From positions 98,642,001 through 98,706,000 of the forward strand of contig CM059433.1 in assembly GCA_030390025.1 (NCBI GenBank): a stretch of 64,000 nt of DNA, in the 5' to 3' direction. This DNA comes from Squalus acanthias (Eukaryota). Each line of letters starts with the position of its first letter. Positions within the stretch are counted from its first letter, which is position 1. Below, piece after piece: positions 40,026 to 52,076 of this stretch. Position numbers and translations under genes: made by a program. The notes under the pieces were generated by a model. That model worked only from the letters and a program-made list of their open reading frames with translations. It was not told the DNA's origin and searched no databases.

Positions 40026-41554
40026 CTCATCAGGCCCCCTGCTTAAAAGAAAAAACAGATAATCCATTGTGGCTTTCCTATGAGCCCAATGGGTTAATTC
40101 GTCAATTCTCGATTCTCTTCTGTCACTGTGGGAAAATATTCACATAAAATTAAGAAACTTAAATTTAATAATGTCCAATATCTTTAAATTTCATTCAGCA
40201 ATAAAAAGCTGCTGTGTGGTGAATTTAAAAAAAACAGCTGTCAGTGGAAAGGATTAACTCCTTTGCAGGTTTGTAAGAAGGCGGAGCAAATTGTCAGACG
40301 CACGCAATTGCGTCACTTCACCTAAATCTTAAAAAAACTTTCACAATCGAGAAAAAGACAGTTTGGTTTTCACAATTTAATAGATTAGTTAACTTTTTTT
40401 CAAAAGAAGACAAACCCAGATACCATCAATCAATGTCAACTTGTGTCACACAGCTTCTTGCAGCTATCAGCTAAATTTAAAACTCGCCAATAAAAAACTA
40501 TTACTTTTGCAAAATCTTTGTGCCTTTAAAATCAGTAACACCACTACAAACATTTTGTAAAACAACTCCACACACAACAATAGCATTTCTATTTTTTCCC
40601 CCCTGGTCAGACATACTCGGAATTGGTCAGAAATTTCAAAAATACCAATTGTTGATGTGATTGCCTCATGTCCGGAACTAGAGGCTTTCACACAATTTAC
40701 ACCAACCAGAATTTCACCGTGGCCACAATAAAAGTCTGGTTTAAACAGGTTAATTAACCTCAATAACTCCAATTCAATTCAAACCACTATCTCAAACTAA
40801 CCAGCACCGCTTGGAAAAGAGGGAGAAGCTTCCCTCAGCTTGTAGCTTCGAAACATTCATACAAGTTCTTTTTCCAGACATCACTACACTGAAAGTAGAA
40901 AAGGGACAGAACTTTTCCTTTTCCCCTGTCTTTATTTCACCATACTTGTCAAAAACTTAGAAAGTGGGCGTCTCGGACTTGCAGTAACTAAAGTAAGAAG
41001 ACAGTGCTTTGTAAACATTCAAATTGATTTAAAATAAAATCAAACAATAGCAATTTTTTGTAATCCAATTAAAACAAAATACTTTCAAAAAGTCCAAATT
41101 CATTTTCTACCAGACATGATTAGAAACCATGGCAACCGTAACTTCAAGGCTGAAGCTTATCTATTGTAAAACAAACTGCCTCTACACTTTGCTGTACAAG
41201 CCGTCCCAGTCAAAATATATCCACAGCAGTGTCTTTAACTTAAAAAAATGCAAATCACAAAGTTTCTCCTACTTCTAGGTGCACAATCTTAAATTGAAAT
41301 GAACATCCACACTCTTAAAACTTCCAACATCCAACAGAGGGTTAAACGGCTTTAGCTCCATGCACAGAAAAGTGGATGGAGCTAAAACAAACACAACAGA
41401 CATTTTCTTTCAAAGACAGACTTTCAGACAAAAGGAATACTGTAACTTCTTAAAATTCATAGTCAGGAAAACTTTCACACTTTAACACACACTTTCACAC
41501 AAACTGAAATTCCAGCATCCTTGAAGGTTCCTTTCACTCAGCAGATCTTGTGTT

Positions 41555-42238
41555 TTATTTGTCTCGGCACAGACGCTGATAGCTTCCATGTCGGTAAAAC
41601 TTTAAATTTCCTTTTTTCCTTCTTTTAAATCGTCGTCTCAGCAGCTTTTTCCAGCTTCCCAAATCCCTGTTTTTTTCCTTCCTTTGCTGAGTTTTCAGAT
41701 TGGTTAGCCTGCAACTTAGATCTTTTCCCCTCTTTATCTCCCACTCTTTATGCTTCTTACATTCAGTGTGGTTCCGATGACCCTCTAGAGCCCATTTCTG
41801 GGTGACCCTAAACCCAACATTCAGGTCCTCATTGACCTTTTCTGCCTGACCTGCCCGATTTCTCTGTTTGGATAGTTCTTTCGACAAGGCTTCGCACTAA
41901 TTCTGATTATTTATACACTGGCTCTCGAGTTGTTGTTCTTTATTACACCACCTCTCCTCCTGTTCTAACTTTTCCTCGAGCCTGTTTCTATGTTGCCTTT
42001 CTTCTTCTGTTTCTTTCCTTAACTTGATCTTTACCCTTTCATCAGATTTAACCTGCCTCTGATAGGCCAATAAACAAACGGATTTCCTTAACCTTTGCTG
42101 ACACATGGACCCTTGGGTCCACTGTTCAGCCTCCAATACAGGATCATCACTGTCTATAATGACCCGTACCCATCCCTCTTTGAGGGGTAATTTCGCTGTC
42201 ACATATTTCGTGACTAACGCTTCCATCGTCTTTGCCAT
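41555..42238 (-). pseudogene. Proviral first ORF, E/K/Q/R-rich coiled-coil protein with one in-frame stop at 41897-41899
   Basis: ORFs 41897-42238 and 41555-41887 share a frame; the ATG lies 16 nt after the PBS; no capsid MHR or CCHC knuckle is visible. Confidence 0.7.
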
Positions 42239-42254
42239 TGTTTGTTCCGAACAG

Positions 42255-42272
42255 GTCCCTGTTCGGGCGTCA
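42255..42272 (-). promoter_or_regulatory. Primer binding site, tRNA-Lys(UUU)
   Basis: TGACGCCCGAACAGGGAC, a 17/18 match to the tRNA-Lys3 PBS TGGCGCCCGAACAGGGAC, 5 nt from the LTR end. Confidence 0.92.
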
Positions 42273-42277
42273 GAATC

Positions 42278-42990
42278 TGTAAGACGTTCTGATTGTCTGA
42301 CAGTTTATAGAGTTCAGACCCGTGGAACAGACAACTCGAGACAAAGATTTCAGGGTAAACTAAACTATTCTTTACTTAAAAATCAGCAAGAGGTTACAAG
42401 TAAGTACCAAATACAAACCGTACTAATCCATGTACTTATTACAAGTAAGCATGCACGGAGTATACAAAAAATACAATTTGCACTCAATTCATTTACTTAT
42501 TACAAGCAAGCATCTAAAATCATTTACTTTAAGCTCAGGTGATCATAAGCAACACCACATACGTACTAACACCAGTGAGAGGGCAATTCAACGATGACTA
42601 GATGTATGACTTTAACTGGCAACTGACCAGGTCGCCCACGACTGCAGCCACAAATGTCAGACTACAACATCCCTTATACCCCAAAACTTGGCAACTCGCC
42701 CATAGCATTCGTGTCCCAAACTGTGTGATTAATGTTGTTTCTCTCTCTCTTTCTATCTGTTTTGACGTTTAGTTTACCAAGGCCAGACATTCAAGGGTTG
42801 GAGAGAGTTGTTGTTTTCACATCTGCAGGTTGTTGACTCACGGTTCTCACAGAATTTTCAAGATCTTATCTTTTGAAGGAAAAATACCAGCACATCACTT
42901 ATTTTACAAATGTTTTAGCCAAGCAGTCTCTTGCCCTCAAAGCTTGTTGGTACATTTGGTCACTTTTAGATTCATTCAAGTTTACCATGG
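42278..42990 (-). repeat. 5' LTR (lacks about 11 terminal nt)
   Basis: Differs from the 3' LTR by about 10 substitutions and a (CT)n length change (counted by eye); similarity stops at ...taccatgg 42990. Confidence 0.93.
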
Positions 42991-44650
42991 CGAATGCGAG
43001 TAAGCAGTATGGAATTTGTGGATGGGAATACTGAAAGCTTGGTTAAGAAGATAGTTTTTAAGGAGCTCTTGAAGGCAGGGAGGGAGATATAAGGATACGT
43101 AGTTTTGTAAGAGAATTCATGTGGGGAGGAGCATAATGGCTTAAAGATCAGCTTCCAGTAACGGAGTGGAGGGAGTGAGTCGAATGGAAGGTATAGGCCG
43201 GGCCTTATAGCTAGAGTAGATTTTTCAAATTGATTGGGTAAGGTTCTGGAGGGCTTTGAAATAAAGAATAAAGATCACAAAGTTAATCTAGTTGGGCACA
43301 GGGAGCCAGTGAAGCTGGGCTAAGATGAGTGCGTGGGATTTTGTGTGGGAGAGTACCTGCGACATGGAGTTTTGGATTAGCTGAAGTTTATGAAGGGTGG
43401 AGCTGGAGAGGCTGGCAAGGAGAGCATTGGAAACATTGATGTTTGAGCTGATGAAAGTGTGAATTGGACTTTCACCAGCAGAGGAGGTGAGAATGATCTG
43501 GAGATGGAAGAAAACAATCCTGGTGATGGACCCGGTGTGAGGTAGAAAGTTCAGCTCATGGTAAAAAGAACACCAAGGTTGTGAACTCCTTGGCTCAGCT
43601 TAATCAAGCAGTTAAAGAGGTTGTTGGAATTGCTTTCAGGGGCATATGGGTGCTATAGAGAGCTGAATAGATGGCTTGAGTTTTGCCAGCAATAAGCTGT
43701 AGGATGTTTTCACTCAACCAGGACTTGATGCTAGACAGGCAATCAGGTAGTACAGCACTGAAGTTAATAGAGGTGGGAGAGGGATGGAGTAGGGTAGTAG
43801 GGTGTCATTATGTATATGTGGAAGCAGAACTTGTACTTGTGATGAATAGAAGGGGATCCAGATGGAAACTTGGGACATATCGTGGGTGATTATGTAAGCA
43901 CAGGAGCAGATTTGAGGAAATGTATTCACTTCGTTGGGACAGGTAAGAATGGAACCGCAGGAGAGATGGTCAATGGAGGAGAATGAAGTGGTTAATAGTA
44001 TCAAATGGGGTGGAGAACTTAAGAAGAGCATGATGCCCTGGTTACACAGGATGCCACTGGTGGCATTGACCAGGTGGTCTATGCTGTGGGTTAGTCAGAA
44101 ACTGAATCGAAAAAAAATGGAACACAAAGGAATGGTGAGCATGTCATTGGATGGCATTGATGTTTTCAAAGACTTGGACAGAAAGGGAAGGTAAGAGATA
44201 AGACAATAGCTTATCAGGATAGAGAGGCTGAGGGTGGCTCTTTAAGGAGAAGGGGTGATGCCCCCAGTTTTAAAAGGGCTCACAACATTGCTTGCAGAAA
44301 AGGAGAAGTTGATAACACCAATATGCATGGAAACAAGAAAGGGAAGTTTGGTGGTCAGAGTCTGGGTTGGAAGGGAAATGATGATGGGCTTGATGGAGGA
44401 TGAGAGTCGGATGAGAGCTGGATGGAGATGAAGAGAATTTGTTAGGGAAAGGGAGCTCAGCTGGTAGGGGGGTTAGGGGAAGTGGAGGATGGGAAAGTGT
44501 GTTTGCAGGAGATAGAGATGGCCAAATATTTGGTCTCAATTTCTCAAACAACACAAGTCCATGAAGTCCTCACATCCACATCTTAGGTAAAAAAGGGTGA
44601 GGGGAAGGGAGGTTGGAGGAACCAGGTCGTGGTGGGGGCAAAATGGAAGT
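42991..44650 (-). mobile_element. Old, degraded L2 LINE (host of the provirus)
   Basis: Purine-rich plus strand colinear with the other L2 copies (aaagcttggttaagaag, gggagccagtgaag, agagcattgg, gttaatagtatcaaatgg). Confidence 0.65.
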
Positions 44651-44780
44651 GAGTGTTAGTTCTCGCTCCATCTTCAAAACTTTTTCAAAACCCTTCTCTT
44701 TAACTAAGCTTTCAGTTACCTCCACTACTCACTGTCCATTTTCTTCCATGTAAAGTGCCGTGGAAAGTTTAAAACATTAA

Positions 44781-45674
44781 GGGGTAAAAATTCACTTGGT
44801 TGCGCCACCCGTTAGCGCCTTAAGAGGGCGCTAATGGGGCGCAAAGCCGCTAACGCCCGGGCGCAGCGATGTTTGCGCCGCTCGAGAACTTAACTTGAGA
44901 TTGTGCGGCGGCGCTAAAACTTACCGCTGCGACCACCTGCGCGCGCAGATTGTGACGTAATTCCATGGTGCAACGCCCTTGGGGCGCCCCGTAGTGGAAA
45001 TTGAGTGGCGCCCCCTGCCTTACCGCCTGGCGCTTCCAACGACCAGAAGACTGGAACGCTATCAATCGCTGTGGGGCTGGGGGGGGGCGCTATTTAAAGG
45101 GGGCCTCTTCCTGTCTTTTATTGTTGGTGGCATTTTTGAACTACGCATTCTGAGAGAGAGAGGGAGAGACTTCTGGAGAGATTCAACGTTGTGTGAAGGA
45201 GTTTTGGGTACTGAGCAGCACTTTGCAGGTTCATTTTGATTTGCCATTCCTTGTATCGATTTAGCAGAGACCGTGGGAGCTGCACTCTGAGCTCTTTGCC
45301 TGGTGCTCTCCATTGTTCTTTCCAGCACATTTGATGTGCAAGTCTCTCCAGGCCGAGATTCAAGGCAGCAATGAACAGGATGTGGATGGAAAGCAAGATT
45401 AACCATCCCCTTTAAGAACTGGCCCGTGCCATTGTGTGTGTGTTCCATTGCTGACTGACATTACATGAGCTTCGCCAGCGCTCCGAGTTAGCGCCTCACT
45501 GCTCGGCCTTTGCGCCTTAAGAGAGGTGTGCAGCGCCTGCTTTAGCGCTCCACTCACCTCCCGGGGCGGTAAAAGTGAAGTTTCCCGTCAGTGCCGATAA
45601 TTAGCGCCAGGCGCTAATATTTGCGTCCGGACGATATTTGCGCCCCAAATGGGGCGCGACCTAATTTCTACCCC
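44781..45674 (-). mobile_element. PIF/Harbinger-type MITE, second copy
   Basis: TIRs GGGGTAAAAATT / AATTTCTACCCC with the classic TAA TSD (44778-44780 and 45675-45677); inserted in an L2 tail. Confidence 0.9.
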
Positions 45675-46100
45675 TAAGTGCTATATGAATGCAAGTTGTT
45701 ATTGTTATTCAGTAAAGTGGAACTGCAAACAGAGCTTTACACTAGATGTCAGCGTAACACTACACTGACACCATCTGCCTCAACAAAGCTTTCACAACCC
45801 TTGCAGGAAGCATGCTTCAGAACACTAGCTCTGATTAAAGTACTGGGCAAAATTAAACATGGCAGTAAACCTTAAGGGTACAGGAGAATTTCTCCACTAA
45901 GTGATTTGACTTGGTTACCATTTTTTTCAATTTATATTCAGAGAATATTAAGACTAAACAAGAAGCCCAAGCTAGCAGATAATTTACTGAAAACATTTTC
46001 TCAACTGATTATATGACAGAAAGCATGATCGTTTTAAAAACTGCAAAAGTAAATTGAGGTCTTATAAAGTAATGTTAGTGAATTCATCAATGATACAAAA

Positions 46101-46268
46101 GTTAGCCCCTCTTTATCACACCCTGTGGTCCTAGATTCCCCTGGGAGCCCCATATAAATACTGAACTTAGTGCAGATACCTGATTGGCATAGATCATCAG
46201 CTCCAGCCCAGGACTCCTGACCTCAAGCAATCGTGCAGTCTCAGCCTGCGAGTAGCCGGACAACAGGC
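46101..46268 (-). pseudogene. Truncated, diverged 7SL (SRP) RNA copy
   Basis: Reverse complement reads GCCTGTTGTCCGGCTACTCGCAGGCTGAG...GATTGCTTGAGGTCAGGAGTCCTGGGCTG...CTATGCCAATCAGGTATCTGCACTAAGTTCAG...GGACCACAGGG, colinear with 7SL nt ~19-190. Confidence 0.85.
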
Positions 46269-46850
46269 TTTAGCAAACTTTTCACAAGTATATACTTCAC
46301 ATATCTCTTCAGTTGGAGGACTTAATGATTCTATGGCTGTGTGTGCTATTTGTGAACATTAATATTTACAAATAATTTTTCAAAAGAGAATTTGGAACAC
46401 ATATCTTTAACATAAATGAAATGCATATGAAAGTGTCAAATGAAATTCCATTCTTTTTATAAAATGGTTCTCATAGTGTTGCTCACAGTACGTCAGAGGA
46501 CATAATAAATGATAACAATAGGACTACTATACCATGGAACACACAATGTATTCTTATGTAACATACCTCATGGTATGTTGGACGATACGCAGTTTTATTC
46601 AGGGATGCAACTTTCATTTCCTGCATGTTGTCTTGGTGATTAGTGAATACAAGATCACAATGAGCACTGCCTGTCACATGTCATGGACACACTGAGTCAC
46701 GAAGCAGTGAAGCATTACATTTGCCAACTCTGACTCTAAAGTGTTTGGGTTTTCCCAGTTTATGTGTGGTTGTTTGAAGGCGCCCATTAAAATACCGTTC
46801 CTGTTCTCACATACGCTTTTCATTTACATAGAATTACATTCTATCCTCCT

Positions 46851-47280
46851 GGGTGTCAGCCGTGGCTCAGTTGGTAGCACTCCTGCCTGAATCAGAAGGT
46901 TGTGGGTTCAAGCCCCACTCGAGAGACTTGAGCACATAATCCAGGCTGACACTCCAGTGCAGTGCTGAGGGAGTGCTGCACTGTCGGAGGTGCTGTCTTT
47001 CGGATGAGACGTTAAACCGAGGCCCCATCTGCTCTCTCAGGTGGACATAAAAGATCCCACGGCACTATTTTGAAGAAGAGCAGGGGAGTTATCCCCAGTG
47101 TCCTGGCCAATATTCATCCCTCTACCAATATCCCTAAAATGCAAATTATCTGGTCATTACATCATTGCTGTTTGTGGGAGCTTGCTGTGCGCAAATTGGC
47201 TGCCACGTTTCCCACATTACAAAAGTGCTTCATTGGCTGTAAAAGTTGTGAAAGGCACGATAAAAATGCAAGTCTTTTTC
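46851..47280 (+). mobile_element. Full-length Deu-SINE (SacSINE1-type)
   Basis: tRNA head with A box TGGCTCAGTTGG and B box GGTTCAAGCCC; Deu core GTCTTTCGGATGAGACGTTAAACCGAGG; L2-like tail AAATGCAAG. Confidence 0.88.
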
Positions 47281-47649
47281 TGGTCTGGAAGCCTTCTGCC
47301 TGCTGCTTTTGGACAGCAGTAGAAGGCCCGAGAGCCCGTGGCCATAATTCCTTCTCATCCCCGCAGCTGCAATTGCCTATTTTTTACATTTACAGGGGCA
47401 AACTCCTCATCTGCTACAAGAAGCCAGTTTAAAAATATGTCATTACCTAAGTTTTGCCCTTATTCTTAATCCAAAATGTTGTTATATCTAAGGATACATG
47501 CTGGCCCCAGTCTGCACTCTATATGATCTATAAGAAAGTTTTCACTGACTATCCAAAGAAAGAGATCTTTAGCCTGTGTGGTTTGAATAATCTCTCTGCT
47601 TCCGGCTATATAAATATACTATAGACTGATGTGTACCTATTCTTTCTCC

Positions 47650-49928
47650 CTTTCTTTATATATGTCCATACCCTGCTTGACCTCGTTCTCACCAATCTAC
47701 CTGACGCAGATGCATCTGTCGATGACAGTATTGGTGGAAGTGACCACCGCACAGTCCTTGTGGAGACGGAGTCCCATCTTCACACTGAGGACACCCTCCA
47801 TCGTGTTGTGTGCCACTACCACAGTGCTAAATGGGATAGATTCAGAACATTTCTGGCAGCTCAAAACTGGGCATCAATGAGGCGCTGGGGCCATCAGCAG
47901 CAGAAGAATTGTACTCCACCACAATCTGTAACCTCATGGCTCGGCCTATCCTTCACTCTACCATTACCATCAAGCTAGGGGATCAACCCTGGTTCAATGA
48001 GGCATATAGAAGAGCATGCCAGGAGCAGCACCAGGCATACCAAAAAATGAGGTGCCAACCTGGTGAAGCTACAAAACAGGACTACATGCATGCTAAGCAG
48101 CAGAAGCGATCCCACAACCAACCAATCGGATCAAAGCTCTGCAGTCCTGTCACATCTAGTCATGAATGGTGATGGACAACTAAACAACTAACGGCAGGAG
48201 GAGGCTCCATGAACATCCCCATCCTCAATGATGGCAGAGCCCAGCACATGAGTGCAAAGACAAGGCTGAAGCATTTGCAACCATCTTCAGCCAGAAGTGC
48301 CAAGTGGATGATCCATCTCGGCCTCTTCCTGAGGTCCCCACTATCACAGAATCCAGTCTTCAGCCAATTCGATTCACTCCACATGATATCAAGAAATGGC
48401 TGAGCACAATGGATACAGCAAAGGCTATGGGCCCCAACAACATGTTGACTGTAGAGCCAAAGACTTGTTCTCCAGAACTAGCCCAGCTGTTCCAGTACAG
48501 CTACAACACTGGCATCTACCCAACAATGTGGAAAATTGCCCAGGTATGTCCTGTCTACAAAAAGCAGGACAAATCCAATCCGGCCAATTACCACTCCATC
48601 AGTCTACTCTCAATCATCAGCAAAGTGATGGATGGTGTCGTCGATAGTGCTATCAAGCAGCACTTACTCGCCAATAACCTGCTCACCGATGCTTACTTTG
48701 GGTTCCTCCAGGACCACTTGGCTCCAGATCTTATTACAGCCTTGGCCCAAACATGGACAAAAGAGCTGAGTTCCAGAGGTGAGGTGAGAGTGACTGCCCT
48801 TGACATCAAGGCAGCATTTGATCGAGTCCTAGTAAAATTGAAGTCAATGAGAATCAGGGGGAAAACTCTCCACTGGCTGGAGTCATACCTAGCACAAAGG
48901 AAGATAGTTGTGGTTGTTGGAGACCAATCATCTCAGCCCCAGGACATCGCTGCAGGAGTTCCTCAGGGCAGTGTCCTAGGCCCAACCATCTTCAGCTGCT
49001 TCATCAATGATCTTCCCTCCATCATAAGGTCACAAGTGGGGATGTTCGCTGATGATTGCACAGTGTTTAGTTCCATTCGCAACTCCTCAGATAATGAAGC
49101 AGTCCATGCCCGCATGCAGCAAGGCCTGGACAACATTCAGGCTTGGGCTAATACATGGCAATTAACATTCGCGCCACTATCTCCAACAAAAGAGAGTCTA
49201 ACCACCTCCCCTTGACATTCAACGGCATTACCATCGCCGAATCCCCCACAATCAACATCCTGGGGGTCAGCATTGACCAGAAATGTAACTGGACCAGCCA
49301 CATATATACTGTGGTAACAAGAGCAGGTCAGAGGCTGGGTATTCTACAACGAGTAACTCACCTCCTGACTCCCCAAAGCCTTTCCACCATCTACAAGGCA
49401 CAAGTAAGGCATGTGATGGAATACTCTCCACTTGCCTGGATGAGTGCAGCTCCAACAACACTCAAGAAGCTCAACACCATCCAGGACAAAGCAGTCCGCT
49501 TGATTGGCACCCCATCCACCAACTTAAGCATTCACTCCCTCCACCACTGGTGCACTGTGGCTGCAGTATGTACCATCTACAAGATGCACTGCAGCATCTT
49601 GTCAAGGCTTCTTTGACAGCACCTCCCAAACCTGCGATCTCTACCACCTAGAAGGACAAGGGCAGCAGGCGCATGGGAACACCACCACCTCCAATTTCCC
49701 CTCCAAGTCACAAACCATCCTGACTTGGAAATATTTCGCCGTTCCTTCATCGTCACTGGGTCAAAATTCTGGAACTCCCTACCTAACAGCACTGTGGAAG
49801 AACCTTCACCACAATGACTGCAGCGGTTCAAGAAGACGGCTCACCAGCTCCTTCTCAAGGGCAATTTGGGATGGGCAATAAATGCTGGCCTTGCCAGCGA
49901 TGCCCACATCCCGTGAATGAATAAAAAA
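47650..49928 (+). mobile_element. Second CR1/jockey-superfamily LINE family, 5'-truncated ORF2 with frameshifts
   Basis: [69 protein letters not shown]; distinct tail ...GGCAATAAATGCTGGCC...TGAATGAATAAAAAA. Confidence 0.9.
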
Positions 49929-52076
49929 TAACACAACCACAGTTCAGGTTATTCATTGTCTCTTGGTAAATATCTTTTGAGTGCATATTTGATTTGTTTA
50001 ATTGCTGAACATTTAAAAGAAGGACCTATGAAAAACTGGGCAAAAACCAAGAACCAGCTATGATAAATGAAGTGATTAGAATCATAGAATCATACAACAC
50101 AGAAGGTGGCCATTCGGCCCATCATGTCTGTGCCGACTCTTTGAACTATTTAATTATACTACATGTAGGGACAAAGTCCTTGTTACAAATGTAAGACTCC
50201 ACCTTCTGTAACATTAACTGAATGCCCTTTATATATTGAAGAAATTAATCTTTTTGACTCAAAAAGCCTACTTAAGGGGCCAAGACCCGTAGTACAAGGC
50301 CAATGTTGAAAAGAGTAAGAAAAGCAATCAGGCAAATCGAGAAGTAATGGTTAGATTCTGCCCAGATTTTTACCTTTAAAGGAATTTCACCCTTAAAAGT
50401 CAAATTCAAAATAATTCTAATTAATATATTACCAGTCTTTTTTTATGTACAGTAAAATTCTATGGTCTTACTTGATCTAGGGGTGTCCTGTAATATAGTC
50501 CTGCTAATACAGAAAATCAGTCAACGGAGACAATGTTGAACTAGATACCCAAACAGAAAAATACAGGTCAGAGGCAGTTGTGATCAAACTGTACAGTGCT
50601 CTGGTCAGACCATACCTTGAATATTGCGCCCAGTTCAGGCCGGTGAGAAACAAGGGAGATATTCAAGCATTAGTGGCAGTGAGCCACTTGGCTGACTCTC
50701 AATGTCTGGGTTCTGAGTTGTAAGGAAAGACTGGAAACACTTTGGGCTTTTCAACCTCAGGGAGGCATCTGAAAAATGTTCCTTTCGAGATAATTAAGGG
50801 AATGGAAAAGCTAAGTCTGGAATTTCACTTTAAAGCAAATTGCAAGAGTAGGACAAGGAGACACAGGTTAAAAACTAGCAAAAGGTAAATCTGTTACTTT
50901 CATATTTCTGAGAATTCCCCATGGAAATTTTCTTTTATGTTTTTCTTATGATATATCTCATAGTGCTGGTTTTACGCACGGAATAGTTGTGGTAAAATAG
51001 GTGACCTAAATTTTTCGATGTACAATCCCTTTTGGTGCCAAGCTGTCTTCATGTCTGGACCATATGAAAATGATGTTTGTCTCTTACAGATAGGCAGTAT
51101 ACCGAAGTATGCACATTAAAAAGAACAAAGGCAAAGATCCAAATAATGTAACAGAGATGCGAACGAACCCAAGGATTAAAATTGTCTCTTCAGTTTTGGG
51201 TTACCTGCCCTTGAAGCTCTATAAATTTGATTTTGTCTGGCATAGCATAAGATGGTATAAGATGACAATAAGTAACCCCACCCATAGGTTCCTGTGGGGG
51301 GCACAATATGGTGGCATTCCAATGCGGATTTTCAGTTAGAAGCAATTATATGTTTTGTAGTCTATAATGTCTGCTTGAAACCGGTCAGTACAGTCTAACA
51401 TCAGTTGATGCAAGCTTCTAGACCATGAAGCTAAATTTTAGGTATTAAATCAGGTGGTCAGTTGAACTGTTTTTGAGTTTCTTGTGGTAGAAAAGAACTG
51501 ACTATTCCATTAGCTCTTTTCTAAAATTGGATATTTTGTCATTGGTCAGTGACCAGTGAACAGAGTGCTCTGTATTTAAACCTGCATGCTCGGAACACTG
51601 TTTTCCACAGCTTAAGAGCAATGCAAGGAAACTGCTAACCAGGGATGCCCCCTGGTAACACCTCTCAACAACATAAATGAGGCAAGAAATATCATTCTTA
51701 GAAAACTGACAGCGACTTTTACCGAGACTTCTCATTGTCACTAGCAACAAAAAACACAGGGGAATAAATGGTGGAATCTCAACTCAAATAAAAACTAAAA
51801 CATGGATTTTACAAGCAGCTGATTTACTGTAGAAGGTTGGCAGATTCATTCGATGCCACTGAATGACAGAGAAGGGTGTCCAGTGACTTTTTAAGTGACG
51901 CATCATACATCGCAAAAATGTTTCTTGATTCATTTGAGGAGAGTGTTTGGCTGTTTCACATAGTCTGTGGTCTTTTTTTAAGCAGTATCAATTGGTAGTA
52001 TTAAAACCCTGGTGCTTTCCAGTATTTAGTGCTAATTATGGGAACTTTAATAGTAAAACAGGTTTCACTCTGTTCA

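Larger units (their letters stand above)
35642..42990 (-). mobile_element. Endogenous retrovirus-like provirus (lokiretrovirus-like), internally deleted
   Basis: Two near-identical LTRs, PBS, coiled-coil ORF, integrase remnant, env and PPT in canonical minus-strand order; inserted into an old L2 3' end (35578-35641 continues at 42991). Confidence 0.92.

Noticed and set aside
37413-42272. APOBEC-type G-to-A hypermutation (possible TGG-to-TAG in env, TGG-to-TGA in the PBS)
   Set aside because: Only two suggestive sites and no consensus to polarise the changes.
46195-46268. Human Alu contamination
   Set aside because: Similarity continues into the 7SL S domain, which Alu lacks.
46851-46925. 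tRNA gene
   Set aside because: The A/B boxes belong to the SINE head, which continues into the Deu domain; no intact cloverleaf.
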